This document shows positions 1 to 14,000 of a stretch of 64,000 nt of DNA, piece by piece. Location of the stretch: positions 1 through 64,000 of the forward strand of contig JAUCBJ010001656.1 in NCBI GenBank assembly GCA_032718475.1, given 5' to 3'. The translations under genes were made by a program, and so were the position numbers. The stretch is from Nemertoderma westbladi. Taxonomy: Eukaryota > Animalia > Xenacoelomorpha. Below the pieces are notes generated by a model. It did no database searches, was not told the DNA's origin, and saw only the letters and a list, made by a program, of their open reading frames with translations. The first letter of the stretch is position 1. The number at the start of each line of letters is the position of its first letter.

Positions 1-139
1 GGGAGATTTGAGAACTGCATATGGAACAGACACCATCATTAAATAAAACACCACCCCCATAAGAGATAACTGTCAAATTTCAACTTTAGGCAGATTGTAA
101 ATAACAAAATTTCCAGAAAATGATCACTTTCAGATCGAC

Positions 140-1990
140 TCCGTAAAGGTACAGCCTATGCTGTAGTAGATGCCTACCAAGTTTCAGTCTAAACCGTTAG
201 TAAATAACAGTAGACTGGGGAAGTGTATAGGACTCTGCAACTCCCTAAAGATACAGCCTATGATGTAGTAGATACCTGCCAAGTTTTAGCTCAAAAAGAT
301 TAAAAAGAACCAAATGGGATGAGGTTTTCACTATCAGACAATTCGCCCTCTAGCGGCTGACTGTGGAACTGTAGACGTCTCTACTACTCCGCAAAGATAT
401 AGCCTATGCTAGAGTAGATGCCTACCAAGTTTCAGTCTAAAAGGATTGTAAATAACAAAGTTGGAGGAGATGTTAACTTTCATACATTTCGCCCTCTAGC
501 GGCAGACGCAGGTAATGTAGACAACTCTGCGCGACTCAGTAAAGATATAGCCTATGCTGTAGTAGATGCCTACCAAGTTCAGTCTAAATGGATTATAAAT
601 AACAAAGCTAGAGATGTTAACTTTCAGACATTTCGCCCTCTAGCGGTAGACTGGGGAATTGTAGACGACTCTGCGACTCAGTAAAGATACAGCCTATGCT
701 GTAGTAGATGCCTACCAAGTTTCAGTCTAAACGGATTGTAAATAACAAAGTTGGAGAAGATGTTAACTCTCAGACATTTAGCCCTCTAACGGTAGACTGG
801 GGAACTGTAGACAAATCAGTGACTCCGGAAATATACAGCCTATGCTGCAGTATATAGCTACCAAGTTTCAGCTCAAAAGCATTAAAAATAACAAAGTTGG
901 AGAAGATGTTAACTTTCAGACATTTCGCCCTCTAGCGGTAGACTGGGGAATTGTAGACGACTCTACAACTCCGCAAAGATATAGCCTATGCTATAGTAGA
1001 TGCCTACCAAGTTTCAGTCTAAAAGGATTGTAAATAACAAAGTTGGAGAAGATGTTAACTTTCATACATTTCGCCCTCTAGCGGCAGACACAGGTACTGT
1101 AGACAACACTGCGCGACTCAGTAAAGATATAGCCTATGCTGTAGTAGATGCCTACCAAGTTCAGTCTAAACGGATTATAAATAACAAAGTTGGAGAAGAT
1201 GTTAACTTTCAGACATTTCGCCCTCTAGCGGTAGACTGGGGAATTGTAGACGACTCAGTGACTCCGGAAATATACAGCCTATGCTGCAGTATATAGCTAC
1301 CAAGTTTCAGCTCAAAAGCATTAAAAATAACAAAGTTGGAGAAGATGTTAACTTTCAGACATTTCGCCCTCTAGCGGTAGACCGGGGAATTGTAGACGAC
1401 TCAGCTACTCAGTAAAGATACAGCCTATGCTGTAGTAGATGCCTACCAAGTTTCAGTCTAAACGGATTGTAAATAACAAAGTTGGAGAAGATGTTAACTC
1501 TCAGACATTTAGCCCTCTAACGGTAGACTGGGGAACTGTAGACAACTCAGTGACTCCGGAAATATACAGCCTATGCTGCAGTATATAGCTACCAAGTTTC
1601 AGCTCAAAAGCATTAAAAATAACAAAGTTGTAGAAGATGTTAACTTTCAGACATTTCGCCCTCTAGCGGTAGACTGGGGAATTGTAGACGACTCTGCGAC
1701 TTAGTAAAGATACAGCCTATGCTGTAGTAGATGCCTACCAAGTTTCAGTCTAAACGGATTGTAAATAACAAAGTTGGAGAAGATGTTAACTCTCAGACAT
1801 TTAGCCCTCTAACGGTAGACTGGGGAACTGTAGACAACTCAGTGACTCCGGAAATATACAGCCTATGCTGCAGTATAAAGCTACCAAGTTTCAGCTCAAA
1901 AGCATTAAAAACAACCCAATGAGATCAGGTTTTCACTATCGGACAATTCGCCCCCTAGCGGCAGACGGGGGAACTTCAGACGGCTCTGAG
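140..1990. repeat. ~146-bp satellite monomer array inside the Helitron units (also at ~2900-4060, 4970-6260, 6680-7950, 8870-10150)
   Basis: Recurring unit gcctatgctgtagtagatgcctaccaagtttcagtctaaa...cgccctctagcggtagactggggaa; ATGCCTACCAAG at 418, 566, 708, 1000, giving a 142-148 bp period. Confidence 0.9.
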
Positions 1991-2780
1991 TATTACGTTG
2001 CAACGAGTTAGGGCGAAACATATCGAACGAGCTATAGTAAGCGAGATTTCATCGAGATTAGATGTATAATATTAGATAAAATAATAATACAGTAAGTATA
2101 GGCCTACAGAAATAATTATTTTACTTTTAATATTCATAACAGTAAAACAAAAATGTTATAAACCTCTCCTTCCATGCAGCCAATGATTGAGAAAGCAGAA
2201 TTACTCTGAGCAATTCGCAACAGACAACCCAAACCCACCCCAATCAACACTCCAGCCTGCTTGCTCCTTATCTGTGCCCAGCCAGCTAGCTGCGAGTTCA
2301 ATAATTAACTTAACGTTGCTATGATACAGAAAACAATCCTTCCCTATTCAATACGCAATAGGCCAATTCGATCGTGCTTGGCGAATATGACATATTTATA
2401 CACTATTTGATTTTTACTCAATAAATAATCATACATATTTATATTAAACACTCGAATAAAATAAAAACTCTGTGAGAATGGGACACGGCGAATCTACCCA
2501 TGTTAATTTTATACCAGGTGGGATAAATGTTAGCCCTCGAAATCATTAATTACCGATAGAAGAACCGAAATAATTCGTTAAATTCGCCCGAAAATCACGA
2601 AAATCGCCCTCTAGCGGCAGACGGGTGAACTTCAGACGAGTCTGAGTATTACGTTGCAACGAGTTAGAGCGAGACCTTTCTAACGAGCTATAGCAAGCGA
2701 GATTTCATCGAGATGGGTTCGATTGTATAGCCGATGACAAACACACAGACAGACAGACAATCGATATTTATATATATTAG

Positions 2781-2820
2781 ACTAGAAAGCCTGTGGCCCT
2801 TCGGGCCACAGCTTTCTAGT
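2781..2820. other. Helitron 3'-terminal palindrome/hairpin ending in CTAG
   Basis: actagaaagcctgtggccc-ttc-gggccacagctttctagt, a near-perfect inverted repeat. Repeated at 4848 and 8744; half-deleted at 6568. Confidence 0.85.
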
Positions 2821-5800
2821 GCACGTGCAGATGATATATGAATATGTGTGGGAGATTTGAGAACTGCATACGGAACAGACACCATCATTAAATAAAACAC
2901 CACCCCCATAAGAGATAACTGTCAAGTTTCAACTTTAGGCAGATTGTAAATAACAAAATTTCCAGAAAATGATCACTTTCAGATCCACCCTCTACCTGCG
3001 GACTGGTGAAATGCAGACGGCGCTGCAGTTTGGTAAAGATGGGGTTTATGGTGAAGTAAAATGCCTGCCTTTCAAGTTTCAGCTTAAACAGATTGTAAAT
3101 AACAAAATTGGTGTAGATGTTCACATTCAGACATTTCACCCTCTAGCGGTAGACTGAAGAACTGTAGACGACTCTGGGACTCCGTAAAGATACAGAATAT
3201 GCTGTAGTAGATTCCTGCCAAGTTCCAGCTCAATAGGATTAAAAAGAACCAATTGGGATGAGGTGTTCACTATCAGACAATTCGCCCTCTAGCGGCAGAT
3301 AGGGGAACTGTATACAACTCTGCGACTCCGTAAAGGTAGAGCCTATGCTGTAGTAGATGCCTACCAAGTTTCAGTCTAAACCGTTAGTAAATAACAAAGT
3401 TGGAGAAGATGTTAACTTTCAGACATTTCACCCTCTAGCGGTAGACTGGGGAAGTGTATAGGACTCTGCAACTCCGTAAAGATACAGCCTATGATGTAGT
3501 AGATACCAACCAAGTTTCAGCTCAAAATGATTAAAAAGAACCAAATGGGATGAGGTTTTCACTATCAGACAATTCGCCCTCTTGCGGCTGACTGTGGAAC
3601 TGTAGACGACTCTACTACTCCGCAAAGATATAGCCTATGCTATAGTAGATGCCTACCAAGTTTCAGTCTAAAAGGATTGTAAATAACAAAGTTGGAGAAG
3701 ATGTTAACTTTCATACATTTCGCCCTCTAGCGGCAGACGCGGGTAATGTAGACAACTCTGCGCGACTCAGTAAAGATATCAGCCTATGCTGTAGTAGATG
3801 CCTACCAAGTTTCAGTCTAAACGGATTGTAAATAACAAAGTTGGAGAAGATGTTAACTCTCAGACATTTAGCCCTCTAACGGTAGACTGGGGAACTGTAG
3901 ACAACCCAGTGACTCCGGAAATATACAGCCTATGCTGCAGTATATAGCTACCAAGTTTCAGCTCAAAAGCATTAAAAACAACCCAATGAGATCAGGTTTT
4001 CACTATCGGACAATTCGCCCTCTAGCGGCAGACGGGGGAACTTCAGACGGCTCTGAGTATTACGTTGCAACGAGTTAGGGCGAGACCTATCTAACGAGCT
4101 ATAGTAAGCGAGATTTCATCGAGATTAGATGTATAATATTAGATAAAATAATAATACAGTAAGTATAGGCCTACAGAAATAATTATTTTACTTTTAATAT
4201 TCATAACAGTAAAACAAAAATGTTATAAACCTCTCCTTCCATGCAGCCAATGATTGAGAAAGCAGAATTACTCTGAGCAATTCGCAACAGACAACCCAAA
4301 CCCACCCCAATCAACACTCCAGCCTGCTTGCTCCTTATCTGTGCCCAGCCAGCTAGCTGCGAGTTCAATAATTACCTTAACGTTGCTATGATACAGAAAA
4401 CAATCCTTCCCTATTCAATAACAATAGGCCAATTCGATCGTGCTTGGCGAATATGACATATTTATACACTATTTGATTTTTAATCAATAAATAATCATAC
4501 ATATTTATATTAAACACTCGAATAAAATAAAAACTTTGTGAGAATGGGACACGGCGAATCTACCCATGTTAATTTTATACCAGGTGGGATAAATGTTAGC
4601 CCTCTAAATCATTAATTACCGATAGAAGAACCGAAATAATTCGATAAATTTCGCCCGAAAATCACGAAAATCGCCCTCTAGCGGCAGACGGGCGAACTTC
4701 AGACGGCTCTGAGTATTACGTTGCAACGAGTTAGGGCGAGACCTTTCTAACGAGCTATAGCAAGCGAGATTTCATCGAGATGGGTTCGATTGTATAGCCG
4801 ATGACAAACACACAGACAGACAGACAATCGATATTTATATATATTAGACTAGAAAGCCTGTGGCCCTTCGGGCCACAGCTTTCTAGTGCACGTGCAGATG
4901 ATATATGAATATGTGTGGGAGATTTGAGAACTGCATACGGAATAGACACCATCATTAAATAAAACACCACCCCCATAAGATATAACTGTCAAGTTTCAAC
5001 TTTAGGCAGATTGTAAATAACAAAATTTCCAGAAAATGATCACTTTCAGATCCACCCTCTACCTGCGGACTGGTGAAATGCAGACGGCGCTGCAGTTTGG
5101 TAAAGATGGGGTTTATGGTGAAGTAAAATGCCTGCCTTTCAAGTTTCAGCTTAAACAGATTGTAAATAACAAAATTGGTGTAGATGTTCACATTCAGACA
5201 TTTCACCCTCTAGCGGTAGACTGAAGAACTGTAGACGACTCTGGGACTCCGTAAAGATACAGAATATGCTGTAGTAGATTCCTGCCAAGTTCCAGCTCAA
5301 TAGAATTAAAAAGAACCAAATGGGATGAGGTGTTCACTATCAGATATGTCGCCCTCTAGCGGCAGATGGGGGGACTGTATACAACGCTGTGACTCCGTAA
5401 AGGTACAGCCTATGCTGTAGTAGATGCCTACCAAGTTTCAGTCTAAACCGTTAGTAAATAACAAAGTTGGAGAAGATGTTAACTTTCAGACATTTCACCC
5501 TCTAGCGGTAGACTGGGGAAGTGAATAGGATTCTGCAACCCCGTAAAGATACAGCCTATGATGTAGTAGATACCAACCAAGTTTCAGCTCAAAATGATTA
5601 AAAAGAACCAAATGGGATGAGGTTTTCACTATCAGACAATTCGCCCTCTAGCGGCTGACTGTGGAACTGTAGACGACTCTACTACTCCGCAAAGATATAG
5701 CCTATGCTATAGTAGATGCCTACCAAGTTTCAGTCTAAAAGGATTGTAAATAACAAAGTTGGAGGAGATGTTAACTTTCATACATTTCGCCCTCTAGCGG

Positions 5801-8800
5801 CAGACGCGGGTAATGTAGACAACTCTGCGCGACTCAGTAAAGATATAGCCTATGCTGTAGTAGATGCCTACCAAGTTCAGTCTAAATGGATTATAAATAA
5901 CAAAGTTGGAGAAGATGTTAACTTTCAGACATTTCGCCCTCTAGCGGTAGACTGGGGAATTGTAGACGACTCTGCGACTCAGTAAAGATACAGCCTATGC
6001 TGTAGTAGATGCCTACCAAGTTTCAGTCTAAACGGATTGTAAATAACAAAGTTGGAGAAGATGTTAACTCTCAGACATTTAGCCCTCTAACGGTAGACTG
6101 GGGAACTGTGGACAACTCAGTGACTCCGGAAATATACAGCCTATGCTGCAGTATATAGCTACCAAGTTTCAGCTCAAAAGCATTAAAAACAACCCAATGA
6201 GATCAGGTTTTCACTATCGGACAATTCGCCCTCTAGCGGCAGATGGGGGAACTTCAGACGGCTCTGAGTATTACGTTGCAACGAGTTAGGGCAAGACCTA
6301 TCTAACGAGCTATAGTAAGCGAGATTTCATCGAGATTAGATGTATAATATTAGATAAAATAATAATACAGTAAGTATAGGCCTACAGAAATAATTATTTT
6401 ACTTTTAATATTCATAACAGTAAAACAAAAATGTTATAAACCTCTCCTTCCATGCAGCCAATGATTGAGAAAGCAGAATTACTCTTGAGCAATTCGCAAC
6501 AGACAACCCAAACCCACCCCAATCAACACTACAGACAGACAATCGAGATTTATATATATTAGATTAGACTAGAAAGCCTGTGGCCCGCACGTGCAGATGA
6601 TTTATGAATATGTGTGGGAGATTGGAGAACTGCATACGGAACAGACACCATCATTAAATAAAACACCACCCCATAAGAGATAACTGTCAAGTTTCAACTT
6701 TAGTCAGATTGTAAATAACAAAATTGGTGTAGATGTTCACATTCAGACTTCTACAGTAGCGGTAGACTGAAGAACTGTGTAGACGACTCTGGGACTCAGT
6801 AAAGATACAGAATATGCTGTAGTAGATTCCTGCCAAGTTTCAGCTCAAAGGGATTAAAAAGAACCAATTGGGATGAGGTGTTCACTATCAGACAATTCGC
6901 CCTCTAGCGGCAGATAGGGGAACTGTATACAACTCTGCGACTCCGTAAAGGTAGAGCCTATGCTGTAGTAGATGCCTACCAAGTTTCAGTCTAAACCGTT
7001 TGTAAATAACAAAGTTGGAGAAGATGTTAACTTTCAGACATTTCACCCTCTAGCGGTAGACTGGGGAAGTGTATAGGACTCTGCAATTCCGTAAAGATAG
7101 AGCCTAGGACGTAGTAGATACCTGCCAAGTTTCAGCTCAAAAGGATTAAAAAGAACCAAATGGGATGAGGTTTTCACTATCAGACAATTCGCCCTCTTGC
7201 GGCTGACTGTGGAACTGTAGACGACTCTACTACTCCGCAAAGATATAGCCTATGCTATAGTAGATGCCTACCAAGTTTCAGTCTAAAAGGATTGTAAATA
7301 ACAAAGTTGGAGAAGATGTTAACTTGCAGACATTTCGCCTTCTAGCGATAGACTGGGAAATTGTAGACGACTCTGCGACTCAGTAAAGATACAGCCTATG
7401 CTGTAGTAGATGCCTACCAAGTTTCAGTCAAAACGGATTGTAAATAATAAAGTTGGAGAAGATGTTAACTCTCAGACATTTAGCCCTCTAACGGTAGACT
7501 GGGTAACTGTAGACAAATCAGTGACTCCGGAAATATACAGCCTATGCTGCAGTATATAGCTACCAAGTTTCAGCTCAAAAGCATTAAAAATAACAAAGTT
7601 GGAGAAGATGTTAACCTGCAGACATTTCGCCCTCTAGCGGTAGACTGGGAAATTGTAGACGACTCTGCGACTCAGTAAAGATTCAGCCTATGCTGTAGTA
7701 GATGCCTACCAAGTTTCAGTCAAAACGGATTGTAAATAATAAAGTTGGAGAAGATGTTAACTCTCAGACATTTAGCCCTCTAACGGTAGACTGGGGAACT
7801 GTAGACAACCCAGTGACTCCGGAAATATACAGCCTATGCTGCAGTATATAGCTACTATGTTTCAGCTCAAAAGCATTAAAAACAACCCTATAAGATCAGG
7901 TTTTCACTATCGGATAATTCGCCCTCTAGCGGCAGACGGTGGAACTTCAGACGGCTCTGAGTATTACGTTGCAACGAGTTAGGGCGAGACCTATCTAACG
8001 AGCTATAGTAAGCGAGATTTCATCGAGATTAGATGTATAATATTAGATAAAATAATAATACAGTAAGTATAGGCCTACAGAAATAATTATTTTACTTTTA
8101 ATATTCATAACAGTAAAACAAAAATGTTATAAACCTCACCTTCCATGCAGCCAATGATTGAGAAAGCAGAATTACTCTGAGCAATTCGCAATAGACAACC
8201 CAAACCCACCCCAATCAACACTCCAGCCTGCTTGCTCCTTATCTGTGCCCAGCCAGCTAGCTGCGAGTTCAATAATTACCTTAACGTTGCTATGATACAG
8301 AAAACAATCCTTCCCTATTCAATAACTATAGGCCAATTCGATCCTGCTTGGCGAATATGACATATTTATACACTATTTGATTTTTAATCAATAAATAATC
8401 ATACATATTTATATTAAACACTCGAATAAAATAAAAACTTTGTGAGAATGGGACACGGCGAATCTACCCATGTTAATTTTAAACCAGGTGGGATAAATGT
8501 TAGCCCTCTAAATCATTAATTACCGATAGAAGAACCGAAATAATTCGATAAATTTCGCCCGAAAATCACGAAAATCGCCCTCTAGCGGCAGACGGGCGAA
8601 CTTCAGACGGCTCTGAGTATTACGTTGCAACGAGTTAGGGCGAGACCTTTCTAACGAGATATAGCAAGCGAGATTTCATCGAGATGGGTTCGATTGTATA
8701 GCCGATGACAAACACACAGACAATCGAGATTTATATATATTAGACTAGAAAGCCTGTGGCCCTTCGGGCCACAGCTTTCTAGTGCACGTGCAGATGATAT

Positions 8801-11016
8801 ATGAATATGTGTGGGAGATTTGAGAACTGCATACGGAATAGACACCATCATTAAATAAAACACCACCCCCATAAGAGATAACTGTCAAGTTTCAACTTTA
8901 GTCAGATTGTAAATAACAAAATTTCCAGAAAATGATCACTTTCAGATCCACCCTCTACCTGCGGACTGGTGAAATGCAGACGGCGCTGCAGTTTGGTAAA
9001 GGTGGGGTTTATGGTGAAGTAAAATGCCTGCCTTTCAAGTTTCAGCTTAAACAGATTGTAAATAACAAAATTGGTGTAGATGTTCACATTCAGACTTCTA
9101 GCGGTAGACTGAAGAACTGTAGACGACTCTGGGACTCCGTAAAGATACAGAATATGCTGCAGTAGATTCCTGCCAAGTTTCAGCTCAAAGGGATTAAAGA
9201 GAACCAATTGGGATGAGGTGTTCACTATCAGACAATTCGCCCTCTAGCGGCAGATAGGGGAACTGTATACAACTCTGCGACTCCGTAAAGGTAGAGCCTA
9301 TGCTGTAGTAGATGCCTACCAAGTTTCAGTCTAAACCGTTTGTAAATAACAAAGTTGGAGAAGATGTTAATTTTCAGACATTTCACCCTCTAGCGGTAGA
9401 CTGGGGAAGTGTATAGGACTCTGCAACTCCGTAAAGATAGAGCCTAGGATGTAGTAGATACCTGCCAAGTTTCAGCTCAAAAGGATTAAAAAGAACCAAA
9501 TGGGATGAGGTTTTCACTATCAGACAATTCGCCCTCTTGCGTCTGACTGTGGAACTGTAGACGACTCTACTACTCCGCAAAGATATAGCCTATGCTATAG
9601 TAGATGCCTACCAAGTTTCAGTCTAAAAGGATTGTAAATAACAAAGTTGGAGAAGATGTTAACTTTCATACATTTCGCCCTCTAGCGGCAGACGCGGGTA
9701 CTGTAGACAACTCTGCGCGACTCAGTAAAGATATAGCCTATGCTGTAGTAGATGCCTACCAAGTTCAGTCTAAATGGATTATAAATAACAAAGTTGGAGA
9801 AGATGTTAACTTGCAGACATTTCGCCCTCTAGCGGTAGACTGGGAAATTGTAGACGACTCTGCGACTCAGTAAAGATTCAGCCTATGCTGTAGTAGATGC
9901 CTACCAAGTTTCAGTCAAAACGGATTGTAAATAATAAAGTTGGAGAAGATGTTATCTCTCAGACATTTAGCACTCTAACGGTAGACTGGGGAACTGTAGA
10001 CCACCCAGTGACTCCGGAAATATACAGCCTATGCTGCAGTATATAGCTACCAAGTTTCAGCTCAAAAGCATTAAAAACAACCCAATAAGATCAGGTTTTC
10101 ACTATCGGATAATTCGCCCTCTAGCGGCAGACGGGGGAACTTCAGACGGCTCTGAGTATTACGTTGCAACGAGTTAGGGCGAGACCTATCTAACGAGCTA
10201 TAGTAAGCGAGATTTCATCGAGATTAGATGTATAATATTAGATAACATAATAATACAGTAAGTATAGGCCTATAGAAATAATTATTTTTACTTTTAATAT
10301 TCATAACAGTAAAACAAAAATGTTATAAACCTCTCCTTCCATGCAGCCAATGATTGAGAAAGCAGAATTACTACAACCCAAACCCACCCCAATCAACACT
10401 CCAGCCTGCTTGCTCCTTATCTGTGCCCAGCCAGCTAGCTGCGAGTTCAATAATTACCTTAAGGTTGCTACAGAAAACAATCCTTCCCTATTCAATAACA
10501 ATAGGCCAATTCGATCGTGCTTGGCGAATATGACATATTTATACACTATTTGTTTTTTAATCAATAAATAATCATACATATTTATATTAAACACTCGAAT
10601 AAAATAAATACTTTGTGAGAATGGGACACGGCGAATCTACCCATGTTAATTTTATACCAGGTGGGATAAATGTTAGCCCTCTAAATCATTAATTACCGAT
10701 AGAAGAACCGAAATAATTCGATAAATTTCGCCCGAAAATCACGAAAATCGCCCTCTAGCGGCAGACGGGCGAACTTCAGACGACTCTGAGTATTACGTTG
10801 CAACGAGTTAGGGCGAGACCTTTCTAACGAGCTATAGCAAGCGAGATTTCATCGAGATGGGTTCGATTGTATAGCCGATGACAAACACACAGACAGACTG
10901 ACTGACTGACAGACAATCGATATTTATATATATTAGATTAAAATTTTTTAGCTATTCATATTAATTATATCTATGTGATTTCTAATTATATGACATTTTA
11001 AAATATATAAATCGTT

Positions 11017-14000
11017 CTACAGCTGTGGGGTCGACGGAAGTCCTACACCATCTTCAAGCACGAGTCCGCATCGCCACTTAACTCTTGAGCCTCGGTGTGG
11101 GAAGCTCCACGAAGGATGGCGTATTGGATCCACCGGCGGACCCACCCCATTTGGTGTGGGAAGCTCCACGAAGGATGGCGTATTGGATCCGCCGGCGGAC
11201 CCACCCCATTTCGTGTGGGAAGCTCCACGAAGGATGGCGTATTGGATCCGCCGGCGGACCCACCCCATTTGGTGTGGGAAGCTCCACGAAGGATGGTGTA
11301 TTGGATCCGCCGGCGGACCCACCCCATTTGGTGTGGGAAGCTCCACGAAGGATGGCGTATTGGATCCGCCGGCGGACCCACCCCATTTGGTGTGGGAAGC
11401 TCCACGAAGGATGGCGTATTGGATCCGCCGGCGGACCCACCCCATTTGGTGTGGGAAGCTCCACGAAGGATGGCGTATTGGATCCGCCGGCGGACCCACC
11501 CCATTTGGTGTGGGAAGCTCCACGAAGGATGGCGTATTGGATCCGCCGGCGGACCCACCCCATTTGGTGTGGGAAGCTCCACGAAGGATGGCGTATTGGA
11601 TCCGCCGGCGGACCCACCCCATTTGGTGTGGGAAGCTCCACGAAGGATGGCGTATTGGATCCGCCGGCGGACCCACCCCATTTGGTGTGGGAAGCTCCAC
11701 GAAGGATGGCGTATTGGATCCGCCGGCGGACCCACCCCATTTGGTGTGGGAAGCTCCACGAAGGATGGCGTATTGGATCCGCCGGCGGACCCACCCCATT
11801 TGGTGTGGGAAGCTCCACGAAGGATGGCGTATTGGATCCGCCGGCGGACCCACCCCGAATCCCTACATCACACCGAAGACCAGCTGTCTCCGCCATCCCT
11901 TCTCGTCCATTTATCACTGGCTCCAGGTTAACATTGCTTGGGCCGAAGGCCAAGGATGCTAGATCTCCCACAACATCGCGTACTTCATTGTGACGTCGGA
12001 TCACGAGGCCACCCTCTTTGCAGTTTAACCCGTGGTTCAGGTCAAAAGGGTCCCCGCATCCGTCACAGCGAGAGGGGACACCTGTAGGTGGTCGTCAATA
12101 GCGGAGGGAAATTGCATCTCGGAATTCGGATGGCGATAAGTCCTGGTGAATGTCAGCTAGTGGGAGAGCTGACTTCCAACCACTGGTCTTGAATTCAGCG
12201 GCCCGTCCGATGACTCTATGCTGTTCTGGTCGCAACTCAATAACTATGTCATCAAAGATTGCTTTCTCGCTTGTCCTTTGGGTAGCCCGAGCCGACTTTC
12301 TTGCCTCCTTGAGGCAGGATTGGTGGTCTGTCAGAGAGAACGTCTCTTCGCCTTTAATGGCACGTGATAGAGTTCGTGTACCGCCCTCTGATGTGGCATA
12401 CTGATTGTCTGCTTCGCTTCGACTGCTGGGTTCCGTATCCCAATGCCACCATTATTTGGGGACAGTGCAAATAAACTCAGCTCCGACTATGTGATTTCCC
12501 CTCCAATCACGGCTGGTAGGAAGCACTCTGTGATGGTTTTTTCCAACACATTAATCATGGTGGAACAGTCTGGAGTTACCCGTTGTAAATAGGCCCACTC
12601 CCTCAGTAGAGAGCAGACCATGGCTGCGAACGCTGCATGTGGTTGTGCCTCTGCTATCTCTGCCAGTTGTTCCACTGAGTTAACTCATTCAGCGACTTCA
12701 CCCCCTACAAACACCTGCCGTTCATAATTTCCGCCTACGTGTCCTCCTAGGAAATGGTGATGTTTGACGATGTTTACAGGGTGGTTACGAAACACTTCCT
12801 TTACATGGTTCAGGTGCTCTGGTGACACCACGAGGTATCTTTTAGTGGGTTCGGGAAAATAACCCAACTTGGGGCCCCAGCACTGTAGCTCCTCAAACCA
12901 CTCCAGTAGCCTTGGTAGGCAGCCGGCTGCTGCCGAGTCATCGGCAAACCAATTCTGGAATATCTCCTGTACAGATCGTAACTGATGGATCAGTGGTAGG
13001 ACTCCTATGGCGTACAAGAGCATCGCCGCGAGGGGATCGCCTTGAGTCATCCCTTCTCCTGAAAAGGACTGCATATGTGCCGCGGATGCTGAGGATACTG
13101 TGGCCCCGATAACAGTTAAATAAGAACATAGAACATCGAGGCCAAAGAAGACGTGCATTCCAAAGGGCGGCTGTGCGATTCATGGAATTGAATGCCTTTG
13201 CTGCGTCAACCAATAGTACCCCCCAGCCATCGCCGCTGTGCTGGTCAAACAATCCGGACATTGTGTGGATCGCTGCTTCCACACCGGCAGGTGTACCTGA
13301 GGAGAGCTGCTCTGCTCCACAGGCATCTGTGACATCATTGTCTGTGACAAGGGCCATGGATTTGGCGATGATCAGGCGAAGACACTCACCGATGCAGATT
13401 GGTCGCACTCCACGGCATTTGTCCAGGGCAATCAGCCGGCTAGACATTAAGGCGCGAGTACACTCCCAAGGGACTGCCTTACTGGCCATCTCACGGGTTA
13501 TTCCTGCGATTGCATCACATCTCGCTGTGTGCTCCATAACGTAGTAGGACGTTATGGATAACGTGTGTAACGGGGTGCTCCATAACGCTCCATCGTGTTG
13601 AGTCGGAACCAGCAGGTCCTGCTCCACAATGGAGCCGTCTCGTGGCTGCTTCAATATGGGTACCCGTTACATCCACATTCATTGATGAGCGAGTCTGCTG
13701 GAAGAGGGACGGCCTGTGGGTGCTTGCTGTGGAGGACTACAAAGATCGTGGTCTTGGCACCCGAGTATCGATGGAGCTATCAGGGTCTAACACTCCATCC
13801 ATTTCCCTGCCTGTCACCCATCTCACCGCACTCCGTACTTTTCCCTCCAGCATCAGTCTCGTGAATACTCGAATGGTGTGATCTTTCGCATCACCAGGGG
13901 ATGTCCGCCTAGTGTTGCGGTTCGAACATATCTTTGCAGAGCTTCTCTCGGCTTCATGTAGAAGCACCTATATCTGTCCCATTCGCTATAGTTGAGCACG

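Larger units (their letters stand above)
1..10937 (-). mobile_element. Head-to-tail concatemer of at least 5 non-autonomous Helitron-like elements (units <1-2781, 2782-4848, 4849-6568, 6569-8744, 8745-10937)
   Basis: On the minus strand each unit starts TC(TAATATATAT), followed by a (TGTC)n microsatellite, and ends in a GC-rich hairpin plus TTTCTAG. Junctions read CTAG|TC at 2781/2782, 4848/4849, 6568/6569 and 8744/8745. The outer end at 10937 is preceded by A (A|TC). No RepHel ORF. Confidence 0.8.

Noticed and set aside
418-10571. Short ORFs (MPTKFQSKR..., MGVVFYL..., MITFRST...)
   Set aside because: Translations of satellite monomers and Helitron interior; frames break between copies.
11043-11993. 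Long ORFs in all six frames
   Set aside because: Artefact of a stop-free 59-bp tandem unit; only the minus-strand retroelement motifs are meaningful.
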